A DNA stretch of 64,000 nt from NCBI GenBank assembly GCA_047285535.1, contig JBJBDC010000001.1, positions 2,208,136-2,272,135 of the forward strand, written 5' to 3'. The notes beneath the pieces were generated by a model that had not been told where the DNA came from, searched no databases, and worked only from the letters and a program-made list of their open reading frames with translations. Shown here in pieces: positions 52,830 to 61,513 of the stretch. How positions within the stretch are numbered: position 1 is the first letter of the stretch; each line of letters begins with the position of its first letter. The translations under genes were made by a program, and so were the position numbers. Source of the stretch: Synechococcus sp. Its GTDB lineage: Bacteria > Cyanobacteriota > Cyanobacteriia > PCC-6307 > Cyanobiaceae.

Positions 52830-53315
52830 ATGCAGCTCGACCACGATCAGCTTCATCGCTTGCTTGCCGCTCTTCGAGAGAGTGATATTCAGGAATTTCG
52901 CCTGGAGGGAGACGATTTCCGTTTGGAAGTACGTCGCAATCTCCCTGTGAACGCAGTTGCTGCACCATTGATGCCAGTCGTTGCGTCTACTCAGCAGGCT
53001 CCTCCTCCTGTTGATGTCCCTGCCGTTGATTCCGCGGCTAGCAGCCCTCCACCGGCTGCAGGATCTCGTTCAGATCTTTTGGAAGTGACTGCACCCATGG
53101 TTGGCACTTTTTACAGAGCTCCAGCCCCAGGTGAACCCTCTTTCGTGGAGATCGGTACGCGTATTGGCGTAGGCCAGACAATCTGCATCCTTGAAGCTAT
53201 GAAGCTGATGAACGAGCTCGAGGCTGAAATAGCTGGAGAGGTGGTTGAAATCTTGGTTGATAACGGCACCCCTGTTGAATTTGGTCAGGTGCTGATGCGG
53301 GTTAAGCCCGGCTGA
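52830..53315 (+). CDS. accB: Acetyl-CoA carboxylase biotin carboxyl carrier protein
   Basis: PMVGTFY and EAMKLMNE (biotinyl lysine). Confidence 0.96.
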   Translation: MQLDHDQLHRLLAALRESDIQEFRLEGDDFRLEVRRNLPVNAVAAPLMPVVASTQQAPPPVDVPAVDSAASSPPPAAGSRSDLLEVTAPMVGTFYRAPAPGEPSFVEIGTRIGVGQTICILEAMKLMNELEAEIAGEVVEILVDNGTPVEFGQVLMRVKPG

Positions 53316-54330
53316 GGTCCAAGGCGGCTCGAATCGCTGCCACCATGCTTGTTGCTCGAGCCACGCCTTGTCCTGCGATATCGAAACCAGTTCCATGGTC
53401 TGGTGAAGTGCGTAAAAAAGACAGGCCCAGTGTGGTGTTAACAGCTTCGTCAAAAGCCATCAGCTTCATTGGGATCAAGCCTTGGTCGTGATAAAGAGCA
53501 AGGATTCCATCGGGTGATTTCGAGTGCTTTCCCTGCTGCCAGGACTTGGCAGCGTTTAGCCAGCACGTGTCAGGAGGCAAAGGTCCTTTCAGCTGAACGT
53601 GAGGATTGCTGTGCTGCCAAGTTTGGAGTGCGGGGATGAGCCAGTTTTCTTCTTCGGTTCCAAGCCTGCCCTGTTCACCTGCATGGGGATTGAGACCAGC
53701 GACAAAGAGAAGGGGGTTGGGATTGAACTGCAGACAGAATTCGTGCAGCACATCTAACTTGCTGAGTACAAGCTCAGATGTCAGTGTTTTGGGGACCAGT
53801 TGGAGTGGGATATGGGTGGTAGCGAGCAGGGTGTTGAGTCTCCAACCGTGGTTTGGTGAGATGGCTGTGAACAGCATTGAGGCTTGACTCGCACCGTCGA
53901 GTTCCGCCAAGCGTTCTGTTTGGCCCTGATAGAGGTGTCCTGCGGAGTGCCAGGCATGTTTGGCGATTGGTGCTGTGACTAAAGCAAGCTTGTGATGCTC
54001 TTTCACACGTTTGACAGCATGGCTTAGCCAGCGGAAACTGCACGCACCACTTTCAGGGCTCGGCTTTCCGGGAGTGATCTGGTCGTTGATGGGTAGGTCA
54101 TCGATATCCAGATCATTTGGATCAGCGATCAAGGAGCAGTGTTGAGCCTTTAGCCTGAAGTACGTTTGTTCTAGGCTTTTTTTGCATCCTACTAAAAGTG
54201 GCTTCAATCCAATTGGCAGCCGAGTATCCGCAAGCGCTTTCAGAGTTACCTCCATGCCGATTCCAGCAGGATCACCCAAGGCAATGACCAGGCGGTGATT
54301 AGCGTCAGACGAGGGATGAGTCAAAGTCAT
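53302..54330 (-). CDS. pdxA: 4-hydroxythreonine-4-phosphate dehydrogenase
   Basis: GDPAGIG, TAPIAK, LNPHAGE, YHDQGL, RTSPDHGT. Confidence 0.94.
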   Translation of the reverse strand: MTLTHPSSDANHRLVIALGDPAGIGMEVTLKALADTRLPIGLKPLLVGCKKSLEQTYFRLKAQHCSLIADPNDLDIDDLPINDQITPGKPSPESGACSFRWLSHAVKRVKEHHKLALVTAPIAKHAWHSAGHLYQGQTERLAELDGASQASMLFTAISPNHGWRLNTLLATTHIPLQLVPKTLTSELVLSKLDVLHEFCLQFNPNPLLFVAGLNPHAGEQGRLGTEEENWLIPALQTWQHSNPHVQLKGPLPPDTCWLNAAKSWQQGKHSKSPDGILALYHDQGLIPMKLMAFDEAVNTTLGLSFLRTSPDHGTGFDIAGQGVARATSMVAAIRAALDLSRA

Positions 54331-54523
54331 GCTGCGCTGGTTGCTACTCGGTTTATTGCTTTATGGGTTGGTCACTGCGTTGCGCAAGGGTTGGCTTGAA
54401 GTGCAGTGGCAGCGATTGCTGGATGATGCTGGGTTCACCGTGGTCGATCCGGACAAGCCACTTGAGCTACACGAATTGCCGTTATTCAAGGCTCCATCAG
54501 CTGTTCAGGATTCTTCTCGTTGA
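54329..54523 (+). CDS. Small membrane-anchored hypothetical protein
   Basis: 64 aa with an N-terminal TM, filling the gap between two minus-strand genes. Confidence 0.55.
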   Translation: MLRWLLLGLLLYGLVTALRKGWLEVQWQRLLDDAGFTVVDPDKPLELHELPLFKAPSAVQDSSR

Positions 54524-55415
54524 ATCTTTCACTCTGGTAGCAATCCTTGAGCCCGCTTTTAAAATCGGGGTGCAGCAGTGAGTATCCCAGTTCTTCTCGA
54601 AGTCGAACATTGCTCACTTTGCGATTCTCTGCCCAGAAGGAGCGTGCCATCGGGCTCATGTTGGCCTGGGCTTCGCTGAATGGAATTGCCAAGGGAAGGT
54701 CGCATCTCAATAATTCGGCAGCATGGCGATGCACCTCGAGGCTTGAGGCTGGTCTGTTATCGCAGATGTTCACCACTGTTGGTTGTTGTCCGGCAGCGGC
54801 CTTGTGCATGAGATGAAAGCAAGCCCCAGCTACGTCATCAACATGGATTCGGCAAAACATTTGCTTGGGTTTGTCAACAGGTTTTAGTTGACCCGCGTGG
54901 ATGGCTGCCAGAGGGGAGCGTCCAGGTCCATAGATGCCTGGCAAACGAAGGATTTGTACCGGTAGACCGCTGTTGCGCCAAAGCTGCTCACAGTCGAGCC
55001 TCCTCTTGCTGCGGGTTTGAGTGGGTTGTGGTTGGTCGGTTTCATAGACCCAGTCGCCGTTGCTGTTTCCGTAGACCCCTGTTGTGGAGAAATAGCCCAC
55101 CCATTGGAGTGGTAGTTGATGCAGCAGCTCTCCAAGGGAAGACAGGGCTGGATCGGTGCCTTCTTGGGTGGGTGGGATTGTGCTTACCAGATGGGTGATT
55201 GAATCGAGCGCTGTTCGGTTGGGCACGATCCCGCCAGCGCTATCAAAGCGCAGATCTTCGCTTTCAGGGTCCGGTCGCCGGCGTGTACAGATCACCTTGG
55301 TGCCGAGCGCTTTGGATAGCTTGGCGAGATGGCCTCCACTGAATCCAGCGCCAAGAACGCAAAGAGTGGCCTCTCTAGGGAGAGGACGGCAGCGGTTGAC
55401 AAGATCATTCAGCAT
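54486..55415 (-). CDS. NAD-dependent epimerase/dehydratase (atypical SDR)
   Basis: LGAGFSG, STTGVYG, RLPGIYGPGR, RIHVDD. Confidence 0.88.
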   Translation of the reverse strand: MLNDLVNRCRPLPREATLCVLGAGFSGGHLAKLSKALGTKVICTRRRPDPESEDLRFDSAGGIVPNRTALDSITHLVSTIPPTQEGTDPALSSLGELLHQLPLQWVGYFSTTGVYGNSNGDWVYETDQPQPTQTRSKRRLDCEQLWRNSGLPVQILRLPGIYGPGRSPLAAIHAGQLKPVDKPKQMFCRIHVDDVAGACFHLMHKAAAGQQPTVVNICDNRPASSLEVHRHAAELLRCDLPLAIPFSEAQANMSPMARSFWAENRKVSNVRLREELGYSLLHPDFKSGLKDCYQSERFNEKNPEQLMEP

Positions 55416-55487
55416 CAGTACAAATGTATTAGTTGCGTTTTGGTTGTGGCTGCTTCTTCCTTTTCACTCATATCCTCACAGGATTCC

Positions 55488-55679
55488 ATGCTGCATGAGC
55501 GCCAGCTCTCCCGCGGTCATGGAGCTCGCACATCAGAGCAAGCAGTGGTTCGCGCTGGTTCAGCCCTTTTGGCCGCGGCTTTGGTCACTGTTGCATTTCT
55601 GCTGGCTCCAGAGAGGCCTGAGCAGAGGGCGTCCATCTGTCAGGAACACCACTCAGCTGCAGCCTGTCGTGTTTGGTGA
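55488..55679 (+). CDS. Small hypothetical protein (TM plus C-terminal C-x8-C)
   Basis: LLAAALVTVAFLLAPERPEQRASICQEHHSAAACRVW. Start uncertain. Confidence 0.55.
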   Translation: MLHERQLSRGHGARTSEQAVVRAGSALLAAALVTVAFLLAPERPEQRASICQEHHSAAACRVW

Positions 55680-56111
55680 TCAGGCCGTCCGAAGCCCCCA
55701 GTCCTGCTCTTCCTCGGTTTTCTGCTGAGATTCGTTATTCAGCACAGAACTCGATGATTGGCTCTGTTCTGGTTGAGCCCATTGCAGTAATCGCAGGGCG
55801 AGACGCAGATCGCTATCGATCCAGGCTCGAATGGCCATGGCACGGCGGGGGTCGTAGAAGCGCTGACGCCGATACCAGTCAAAAACGTCTGCGTCGGATT
55901 TAAGTCCGTTGCAGGACAGACATGCGGGGACGCAATTTTCGGTCACGCTCATACCCCCACGACTTAGAGGGAAAACATGATCAATGGACTCTGAAGGCTT
56001 ACCACAGTAAATGCAACGTTTGCCGGTGTGTAGATGAATTGATTGACGCCAGCGTCGATTTCGTAGCTTGGGGCAGAGATCTTCAAGGAATACCGCATCC
56101 CTGCTGTGCAT
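55680..56111 (-). CDS. HNH endonuclease (McrA-like)
   Basis: CIYC...DHVFPLSRGG...NCVPACLSCN. Confidence 0.9.
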   Translation of the reverse strand: MHSRDAVFLEDLCPKLRNRRWRQSIHLHTGKRCIYCGKPSESIDHVFPLSRGGMSVTENCVPACLSCNGLKSDADVFDWYRRQRFYDPRRAMAIRAWIDSDLRLALRLLQWAQPEQSQSSSSVLNNESQQKTEEEQDWGLRTA

Positions 56112-56299
56112 CTCAATACCTCAGCTAAAGGGATTCTGACGTGAGGGTCCTGTTCGTCAATGTGTCAATGGCTGCACTTCTACGGTCTAACGGTTCTTGT
56201 GGATAGGTAGTCTTCATGCTTGTTGGTGAGCTAGACGACTAACGTCTAGTTTCTTGAATTTGAATCACGGCTTCATCATCAACAGCCTGCACGCTGGGA

Positions 56300-57868
56300 T
56301 TGACTCCGTCTGGCTTGGTGCAGGTTCGTTATCCCTTTGATGCGGTAACCCATGCGGAGATGCGCAGGATTCGTCCAAGAGGCGTTTGGCGTGGTTCCCG
56401 AGTGGGTTGGGAATTTCCTCTCGCGTCAGCGGAGGCTCTGATAGGGCGTTTTGAACGGCGCTTCAGGGTGGATGCGGACTTGATTCGCTGGTTGCACTGG
56501 CATCAACATCCTCTGCCTCCGTTGCCTCCCCACCGAGATCTGATCGCGCAAGCCGATCTGGATCAACGTTTGCCTGATGGACGCTTGCCATTGCCTCATC
56601 AACGCTCTGGTGCTCGCTGGTTGCTGGCGCGGCGAGGGGCGGTGCTAGCAGATGAGATGGGGCTCGGCAAAACCCTCACAGTTTTACTGGCAGCGAGGGC
56701 CTTACTGCGTGCTTTACCGCTGCGATTGTTGGTTGTGGCTCCTGTGGGATTGCATTCGCATTGGCGCCGTGAGGCTGCGGCACTGGAGCTGATGCCGGAG
56801 CTTTGTAGCTGGGCGCGACTTCCGACAGAGCTCCCTGAGGCGGGCACCTTACTGATGGTGGATGAGGCCCACTATGCCCAGACTCTTGGAGCACAACGCA
56901 CTCAGGGCTTTCTACGTCTCGCCCGTCATCCCCGCCTGCGCGCCATTTGGATGCTTACAGGTACACCAATGAAAAACGGTCGTCCTGATCAGTTGTATCC
57001 CTTGCTGGCAGCGATGGACCATCCAATAGCCAGGGATCAGCGTTCCTTTGAGGAGTTGTTTTGCCAGGGTCATTTTCGGGAGCAGGGAGGTCGACAGCGT
57101 TGGCAGGCCACAGGAGCCACTCGACTGGACGAGCTGCGCAGGTTGACTCGACCTCTTGTTTTGCATCGGCGTAAGCGGCAGGTTTTAGACCTTCCTCCAA
57201 AACAAAGGCAGTTTCAAACGATTGCTCTGACTGATGATGAGTCAAAAGGTTTCGATCATCGTCTTCGGCTTGTCATTGATGATTACCGCCAACGTGTATT
57301 GGAAGGACTAGTACGTTCTGATGCTGAATCGTTGGCGGTGCTGACAGCCTTGCGACAAATAGCAGCCGAATTTAAGTTGCCAGCAGCGCAAGTTTTGATT
57401 CAGCATTTGCAGGAGCAGCACAAGCCGATCGTGTTGTTCAGCAGTTTTGTGGAACCGTTGCTTTTGCTTCAGGAACGCTTGGGAGGAGTTTTGTTGACAG
57501 GTCGGCAGAAACCTGAACAACGACAGCTTGCTGTCGATCGCTTTCAAGCTGGAGAGATTGACTTGCTCCTGGCAACGTTTGCTGTTGGTGGGCTTGGTTT
57601 TACCCTTCATCGCGCCCAACATGTCGTTCTTTTGGAACGTCCCTGGACTCCTGGAGACATCGACCAAGCAGAAGATCGTTGTCACCGCATTGGGATGAAT
57701 GGGGGCCTGACTAGCCATTGGCTTCAGCTTGGATTGGCTGATCAGCTGGTGGATGGTTTGGTGGCTAGCAAAGCGGAACGGATTGAGCTGCTGCTTGGGC
57801 CACGTCGCTTGACGCTTGATCGTCAACCATTACCAATCATGCTGTCGCGTTGTTTGCAGGATTTCTGA
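56300..57868 (+). CDS. SNF2-family ATPase with N-terminal HARP-like domain
   Basis: LADEMGLGKT, VDEAH, LTGTP, GLGFTL, WTPG..DQAEDRCHRIG; N-terminal YPFD...W...WEFP. Confidence 0.88.
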   Translation: MTPSGLVQVRYPFDAVTHAEMRRIRPRGVWRGSRVGWEFPLASAEALIGRFERRFRVDADLIRWLHWHQHPLPPLPPHRDLIAQADLDQRLPDGRLPLPHQRSGARWLLARRGAVLADEMGLGKTLTVLLAARALLRALPLRLLVVAPVGLHSHWRREAAALELMPELCSWARLPTELPEAGTLLMVDEAHYAQTLGAQRTQGFLRLARHPRLRAIWMLTGTPMKNGRPDQLYPLLAAMDHPIARDQRSFEELFCQGHFREQGGRQRWQATGATRLDELRRLTRPLVLHRRKRQVLDLPPKQRQFQTIALTDDESKGFDHRLRLVIDDYRQRVLEGLVRSDAESLAVLTALRQIAAEFKLPAAQVLIQHLQEQHKPIVLFSSFVEPLLLLQERLGGVLLTGRQKPEQRQLAVDRFQAGEIDLLLATFAVGGLGFTLHRAQHVVLLERPWTPGDIDQAEDRCHRIGMNGGLTSHWLQLGLADQLVDGLVASKAERIELLLGPRRLTLDRQPLPIMLSRCLQDF

Positions 57869-58212
57869 CGCACGTTGAGTTCATGCACCACCATCGGATC
57901 AACTGAACGTTTGTTTTGACGTACTAGTCCTATGGCTTGATTCACGTCTGCGCAGGCTTGGTCCGTTTTACCCATCAGAGTGAGTAAGAGGGACCGATCT
58001 GCAAGTACTGCTGGTGTGTCTCCATGGGCCTCTACCACTGCATTGCAGCGCTTGAGAGCATCCTCGAGATTGTTGAGATCAAGATTCGACATGCAGTCCG
58101 CGACTGATGAAGCTTCACCAGAGAGGTTTGATGTCTTGGGTTCTGATCGGCTTCGGCAGCCCACACCAGTGAGTAGCAACCCACCAATCATCAGCAAGGG
58201 AATCAGTCGCAT
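57823..58212 (-). CDS. Putative lipoprotein with TPR-like helices
   Basis: Lipobox-like LTGVG-C after a hydrophobic stretch; ADRSLLLTLMGKTDQACAD. Confidence 0.65.
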   Translation of the reverse strand: MRLIPLLMIGGLLLTGVGCRSRSEPKTSNLSGEASSVADCMSNLDLNNLEDALKRCNAVVEAHGDTPAVLADRSLLLTLMGKTDQACADVNQAIGLVRQNKRSVDPMVVHELNVRQKSCKQRDSMIGNG

Positions 58213-58243
58213 AGACGTTTGAGACGGACGTCTGATCGACGAG

Positions 58244-58675
58244 TCAGTAGTTGTAACGGTCATCCCCATTCCAATTAGACGAATCAGATGCAGTTGAATT
58301 GGTATTGCTCGAATCGTTTGAATTGAGGATGCTGCTTAGGGATTTTGTAGTTCCATTATTTCTGCCGAAAAGATCACCGAGGTACTGACCGCAGTCTGGA
58401 TAACTGCCAGGGTCCTCAACGACGGCCTCAGTGATCATGACTGCAGCATGTTTGGGTGAGGTTTTGAACATGCCGCTTTTTTGACGTTTGATCAGGGCAT
58501 AAGCCGCTTCCCAACTGACCGTGTGATCATTATTGCTACTTCTCATATAGCAATAAATTTTTGCGCCTTTCATGGCTTCCGTTGTTCCTGCGATCGCCTC
58601 TGAAGGAACCAAACTGAATCCAGCCAATCCGGCCAGTGGAAGGAGGAGCGCAAGGCTTTGGCGCAATCGGGCCAT
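58244..58675 (-). CDS. Secreted hypothetical protein (one Cys pair, S/N-rich tail)
   Basis: Signal peptide ending in AIA; GAKIYCYMRS...YPDCG. Confidence 0.7.
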   Translation of the reverse strand: MARLRQSLALLLPLAGLAGFSLVPSEAIAGTTEAMKGAKIYCYMRSSNNDHTVSWEAAYALIKRQKSGMFKTSPKHAAVMITEAVVEDPGSYPDCGQYLGDLFGRNNGTTKSLSSILNSNDSSNTNSTASDSSNWNGDDRYNY

Positions 58676-58738
58676 GACAGTAAGGATGGAGCAATCAGCG
58701 TCAAATTATCGATTGGAATCGCTCTGTCTAGGTCTGGG

Positions 58739-59254
58739 TTAGGAATCACCAAGCCCAAGGGGCGTGAGCAGCTTCACCACAATGGGAATCACAAGAAGAA
58801 CTGTGATCAGTCGAACGGCATGCAGCGCAGCAACGGCTGCTCCAACGCCGTAGTCAGCACCAACAAGACTCATGCCGCTAATGCCTCCTGGCGCCGCACC
58901 CAGGAGGGTGACAAGTGGGTCTACACCCAGCAACCTGCTGCTCCAAAGACCCACGACAATTCCTGTCAGCACCAGGGTGAGCGTGATTAAAACCGCTGGT
59001 TTCCACAACATCTGCAATTGTTCGAGTGAGGCTTTGGTGAGACCTGTCCCGATCACCGTCCCGATGGCGATTTCCAATCCTGTTCGTGTGCCTGTGGGCC
59101 ATTGGGCGACCTCAAGACGCCCACTCATACTCACAAAGGCTGCTCCTATTAAGGCCCCTGCAAGGGGCGCAGCCGGTATGCCAGTGCGTGTTGCAAGCAA
59201 ACCCATACCCGTTCCAGCAAGCAGATAGATGAGCACCGTTGTGAGTGGGGGCAT
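58739..59254 (-). CDS. AbrB-family membrane protein (single repeat)
   Basis: IPAAPLAGAL, IGTVIG, APGGISGM, LHAVRL. Confidence 0.8.
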   Translation of the reverse strand: MPPLTTVLIYLLAGTGMGLLATRTGIPAAPLAGALIGAAFVSMSGRLEVAQWPTGTRTGLEIAIGTVIGTGLTKASLEQLQMLWKPAVLITLTLVLTGIVVGLWSSRLLGVDPLVTLLGAAPGGISGMSLVGADYGVGAAVAALHAVRLITVLLVIPIVVKLLTPLGLGDS

Positions 59255-59338
59255 GAACTCCACGCTGCATATCGGTCCTCAGTCTGGATCGTGAGGTTGT
59301 GATGTGCTGTTATCGGGGCATGTCAGTTTTTTAAAGAG

Positions 59339-59629
59339 ATGACCCAGTCGGTTTCCTTTCGCATCACACGCACAGCGGAAGATGTTGCTCAGACTCTTAC
59401 TGCGCTATCTCAACGTCTGATCAAACTTGAAAATCGTCTTGAGAGTTTGGAACTTCAGCTGGTTCGTCAGGCTTCTGAACCCAGCGCCATGCCAACGGAT
59501 GAAATCGAACGTCTCGACGAAGTGGATCGCTTACTCATCGACTGCAGAGATTTGTTGCTTCGTTCTGAGCCTCAAGTAGTGGGTCTATCCAATCCTGAAA
59601 TGTCTTCGGAGCAAGATTTGGCAGCCTAA
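59339..59629 (+). CDS. Hypothetical coiled-coil protein
   Basis: Heptad pattern LSQRLIKLENRLESLELQL. Confidence 0.65.
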   Translation: MTQSVSFRITRTAEDVAQTLTALSQRLIKLENRLESLELQLVRQASEPSAMPTDEIERLDEVDRLLIDCRDLLLRSEPQVVGLSNPEMSSEQDLAA

Positions 59630-59669
59630 CCGCTCATACGAGTGGCACAATGAAAAGAAAGCCACCTCC

Positions 59670-59912
59670 ATGGCTCGTCCTTCCAACGATCCCTTAGCGA
59701 CTTGCGAGACAATCAAGCAAGATGTGATTCGCTCTTCTCCTGGCACCAGGTTGTCTGCCACCCATCAAAGTTTTTTTGAAGGTGGTCATCAACTTGAAAA
59801 ACTGGAATTTGCTCTTGCTGTGGCAATGACTCAAGGTGATGTCAATCGATGCGAGTTGCTTCGGGGGCAGATTGCCGAGCTAGGGGGCAACGTTGAAGAA
59901 CCTGGAACTTGA
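59670..59912 (+). CDS. Small hypothetical protein
   Basis: 80-aa ORF co-oriented with its neighbours. Confidence 0.6.
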   Translation: MARPSNDPLATCETIKQDVIRSSPGTRLSATHQSFFEGGHQLEKLEFALAVAMTQGDVNRCELLRGQIAELGGNVEEPGT

Positions 59913-59999
59913 ACTTAGATGGATTTGCGATTCATTCGTTAGACTTTAGGCGCTAAATTCCATTGAGTATTGAATTCGGTCCTTAATAGAAATTCAAAT

Positions 60000-60194
60000 A
60001 TGATGCATTCGGCTCCCAATCAAAAGCAGGAGCATCTTGCAAAAGCCGATGTTTTGTTTCAGCGCGCTCAAACTGCTGCTGAAGCTGGAGATTATGTAGC
60101 CTCAGGTTCTTTGATCTTGAAAGGTCTTGAGCAAGAACGTCGCGCAGGAACCGTCGGTCCGCAGGTGATGCAGTTGATTAAACCAAGGGCTTGA
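60000..60194 (+). CDS. Small helical hypothetical protein
   Basis: ATG 60000, helical-hairpin-like sequence, ends 3 nt from the tRNA 3' end. Confidence 0.6.
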   Translation: MMHSAPNQKQEHLAKADVLFQRAQTAAEAGDYVASGSLILKGLEQERRAGTVGPQVMQLIKPRA

Positions 60195-60197
60195 TCA

Positions 60198-60269
60198 AGC
60201 GGGTGACCGGATTCGAACCGGCGACGACCAGCTTGGGAAGCTGACATTCTACCGCTGAATTACACCCGC
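60198..60269 (-). tRNA. tRNA-Gly (CCC)
   Basis: Reverse complement GCGGGTGTAATTCAGCGGTAGAATGTCAGCTTCCCAAGCTGGTCGTCGCCGGTTCGAATCCGGTCACCCGCT folds as a cloverleaf with GTTCGAATC T-loop; CCA not encoded. Confidence 0.96.
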
Positions 60270-60319
60270 ATTCACGTGATTCTATCTCATCGCGAATGTT
60301 TAGTTGAGCATTAATTGTT

Positions 60320-61471
60320 TTATTTTTTGCTTAATATCGACGATGCAGCCCTAACCCCTGCGCCCGTGTTCTCGTGAATTCCGAGAGCATTCAAGACAGC
60401 TTCAATGGCGGCTACTGCAGTGAGGACGTCTCGATCGCAGACGAAGCCGAGATGGCCGATGCGAAAGACTTTCCCTTTGAGATGGTCTTGGCCTCCAGCC
60501 AAAAGAATGTCAAACCGATCTTTAACTGTTTTGCGCAGCAGTTCCGCATCAATTCCTTCTGGCGCGACTGCAGTAATGGCTGGACTTCCATAGCTCTCGG
60601 CAGCAAAGAGTGTCAGTCCGATGGCTTTCATGGCAGCTTGTGTTGCATCGCGGTGGCGAGTATGGCGGGCAAAGATTGCTTCCATCCCCTCCTCCTGCAT
60701 CATCTCCAGTGCCGCATCAAGAGCGAAGTACAGATTCACCGCCGGGGTGAAGGGATTGCTGTTTTTGGCTGAGGTTTTCCGATAGGGACCTAAATCCAAA
60801 TAAAATTTTGGAAGGTCTGAACGTTCATAAGCCTTCCAGGATCGTTCACTCATGGCCACAAAGCTGAGGCCGGGAGGCATCATGTACCCCTTTTGGGATC
60901 CGGATGCGACCACATCCAGGTTCCAGTCATCCATGGGAACGTTGGTCGCTCCCAGGCTGGTCACACAGTCAGCGATGGTGAGTGCTGTGCCATGAGCTTG
61001 AACGTGTCGGCTGATCGTTTCAAGGTCATTGATCACCCCTGTGGATGTTTCTGAATGGGTCAGAATCACCGCACGGATTTCTTTCTCAATGTCGGCTTCC
61101 AGAGCACTCCGGAAGTCATCTGGGTTGAGTGGATGACCCCATTCTGCCTTGATGACGTCAACAACCAGCCCGTAAGCACGGGCCACCTTCACCCAGCGCT
61201 CACCAAATTTGCCATTGTCGCCGCAGATCACCCGATCTCCACGACTCAATGTGTTGATGATGCCAGCTTCCATGGCAGCTGTGCCGCTGCCGGTGATCAC
61301 CAGGACGTCATCCTTGGTTTGATGCAGCCAGCGCAGTCGAGCGGTGGTGCGCTCCACCACCGCCTGAAACTCAGCGCTGCGATGTCCGATCGGATGGCCT
61401 CCCATCGCTTTCAGCACTGTTTCTGGCACCGGAGTGGGTCCGGGGATCATCAGGGTGAGCTTGTCCTGCAC
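60320..61471 (-). CDS. Class V aminotransferase (serine-pyruvate/alanine-glyoxylate type)
   Basis: MIPGPTPVP, GSGTAAME, HSETSTG, SGSQKG, FRIGHLG. Confidence 0.9.
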   Translation of the reverse strand: MQDKLTLMIPGPTPVPETVLKAMGGHPIGHRSAEFQAVVERTTARLRWLHQTKDDVLVITGSGTAAMEAGIINTLSRGDRVICGDNGKFGERWVKVARAYGLVVDVIKAEWGHPLNPDDFRSALEADIEKEIRAVILTHSETSTGVINDLETISRHVQAHGTALTIADCVTSLGATNVPMDDWNLDVVASGSQKGYMMPPGLSFVAMSERSWKAYERSDLPKFYLDLGPYRKTSAKNSNPFTPAVNLYFALDAALEMMQEEGMEAIFARHTRHRDATQAAMKAIGLTLFAAESYGSPAITAVAPEGIDAELLRKTVKDRFDILLAGGQDHLKGKVFRIGHLGFVCDRDVLTAVAAIEAVLNALGIHENTGAGVRAASSILSKK

Positions 61472-61513
61472 GACCGGAAGAGCGCCAATCGTTCAGTTTA
61501 AAAAACGATCCGC

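Noticed and set aside
60198..60269. tRNA-Gly as an island integration site
   Set aside because: No duplicate of its 3' end and no integrase found in the window.
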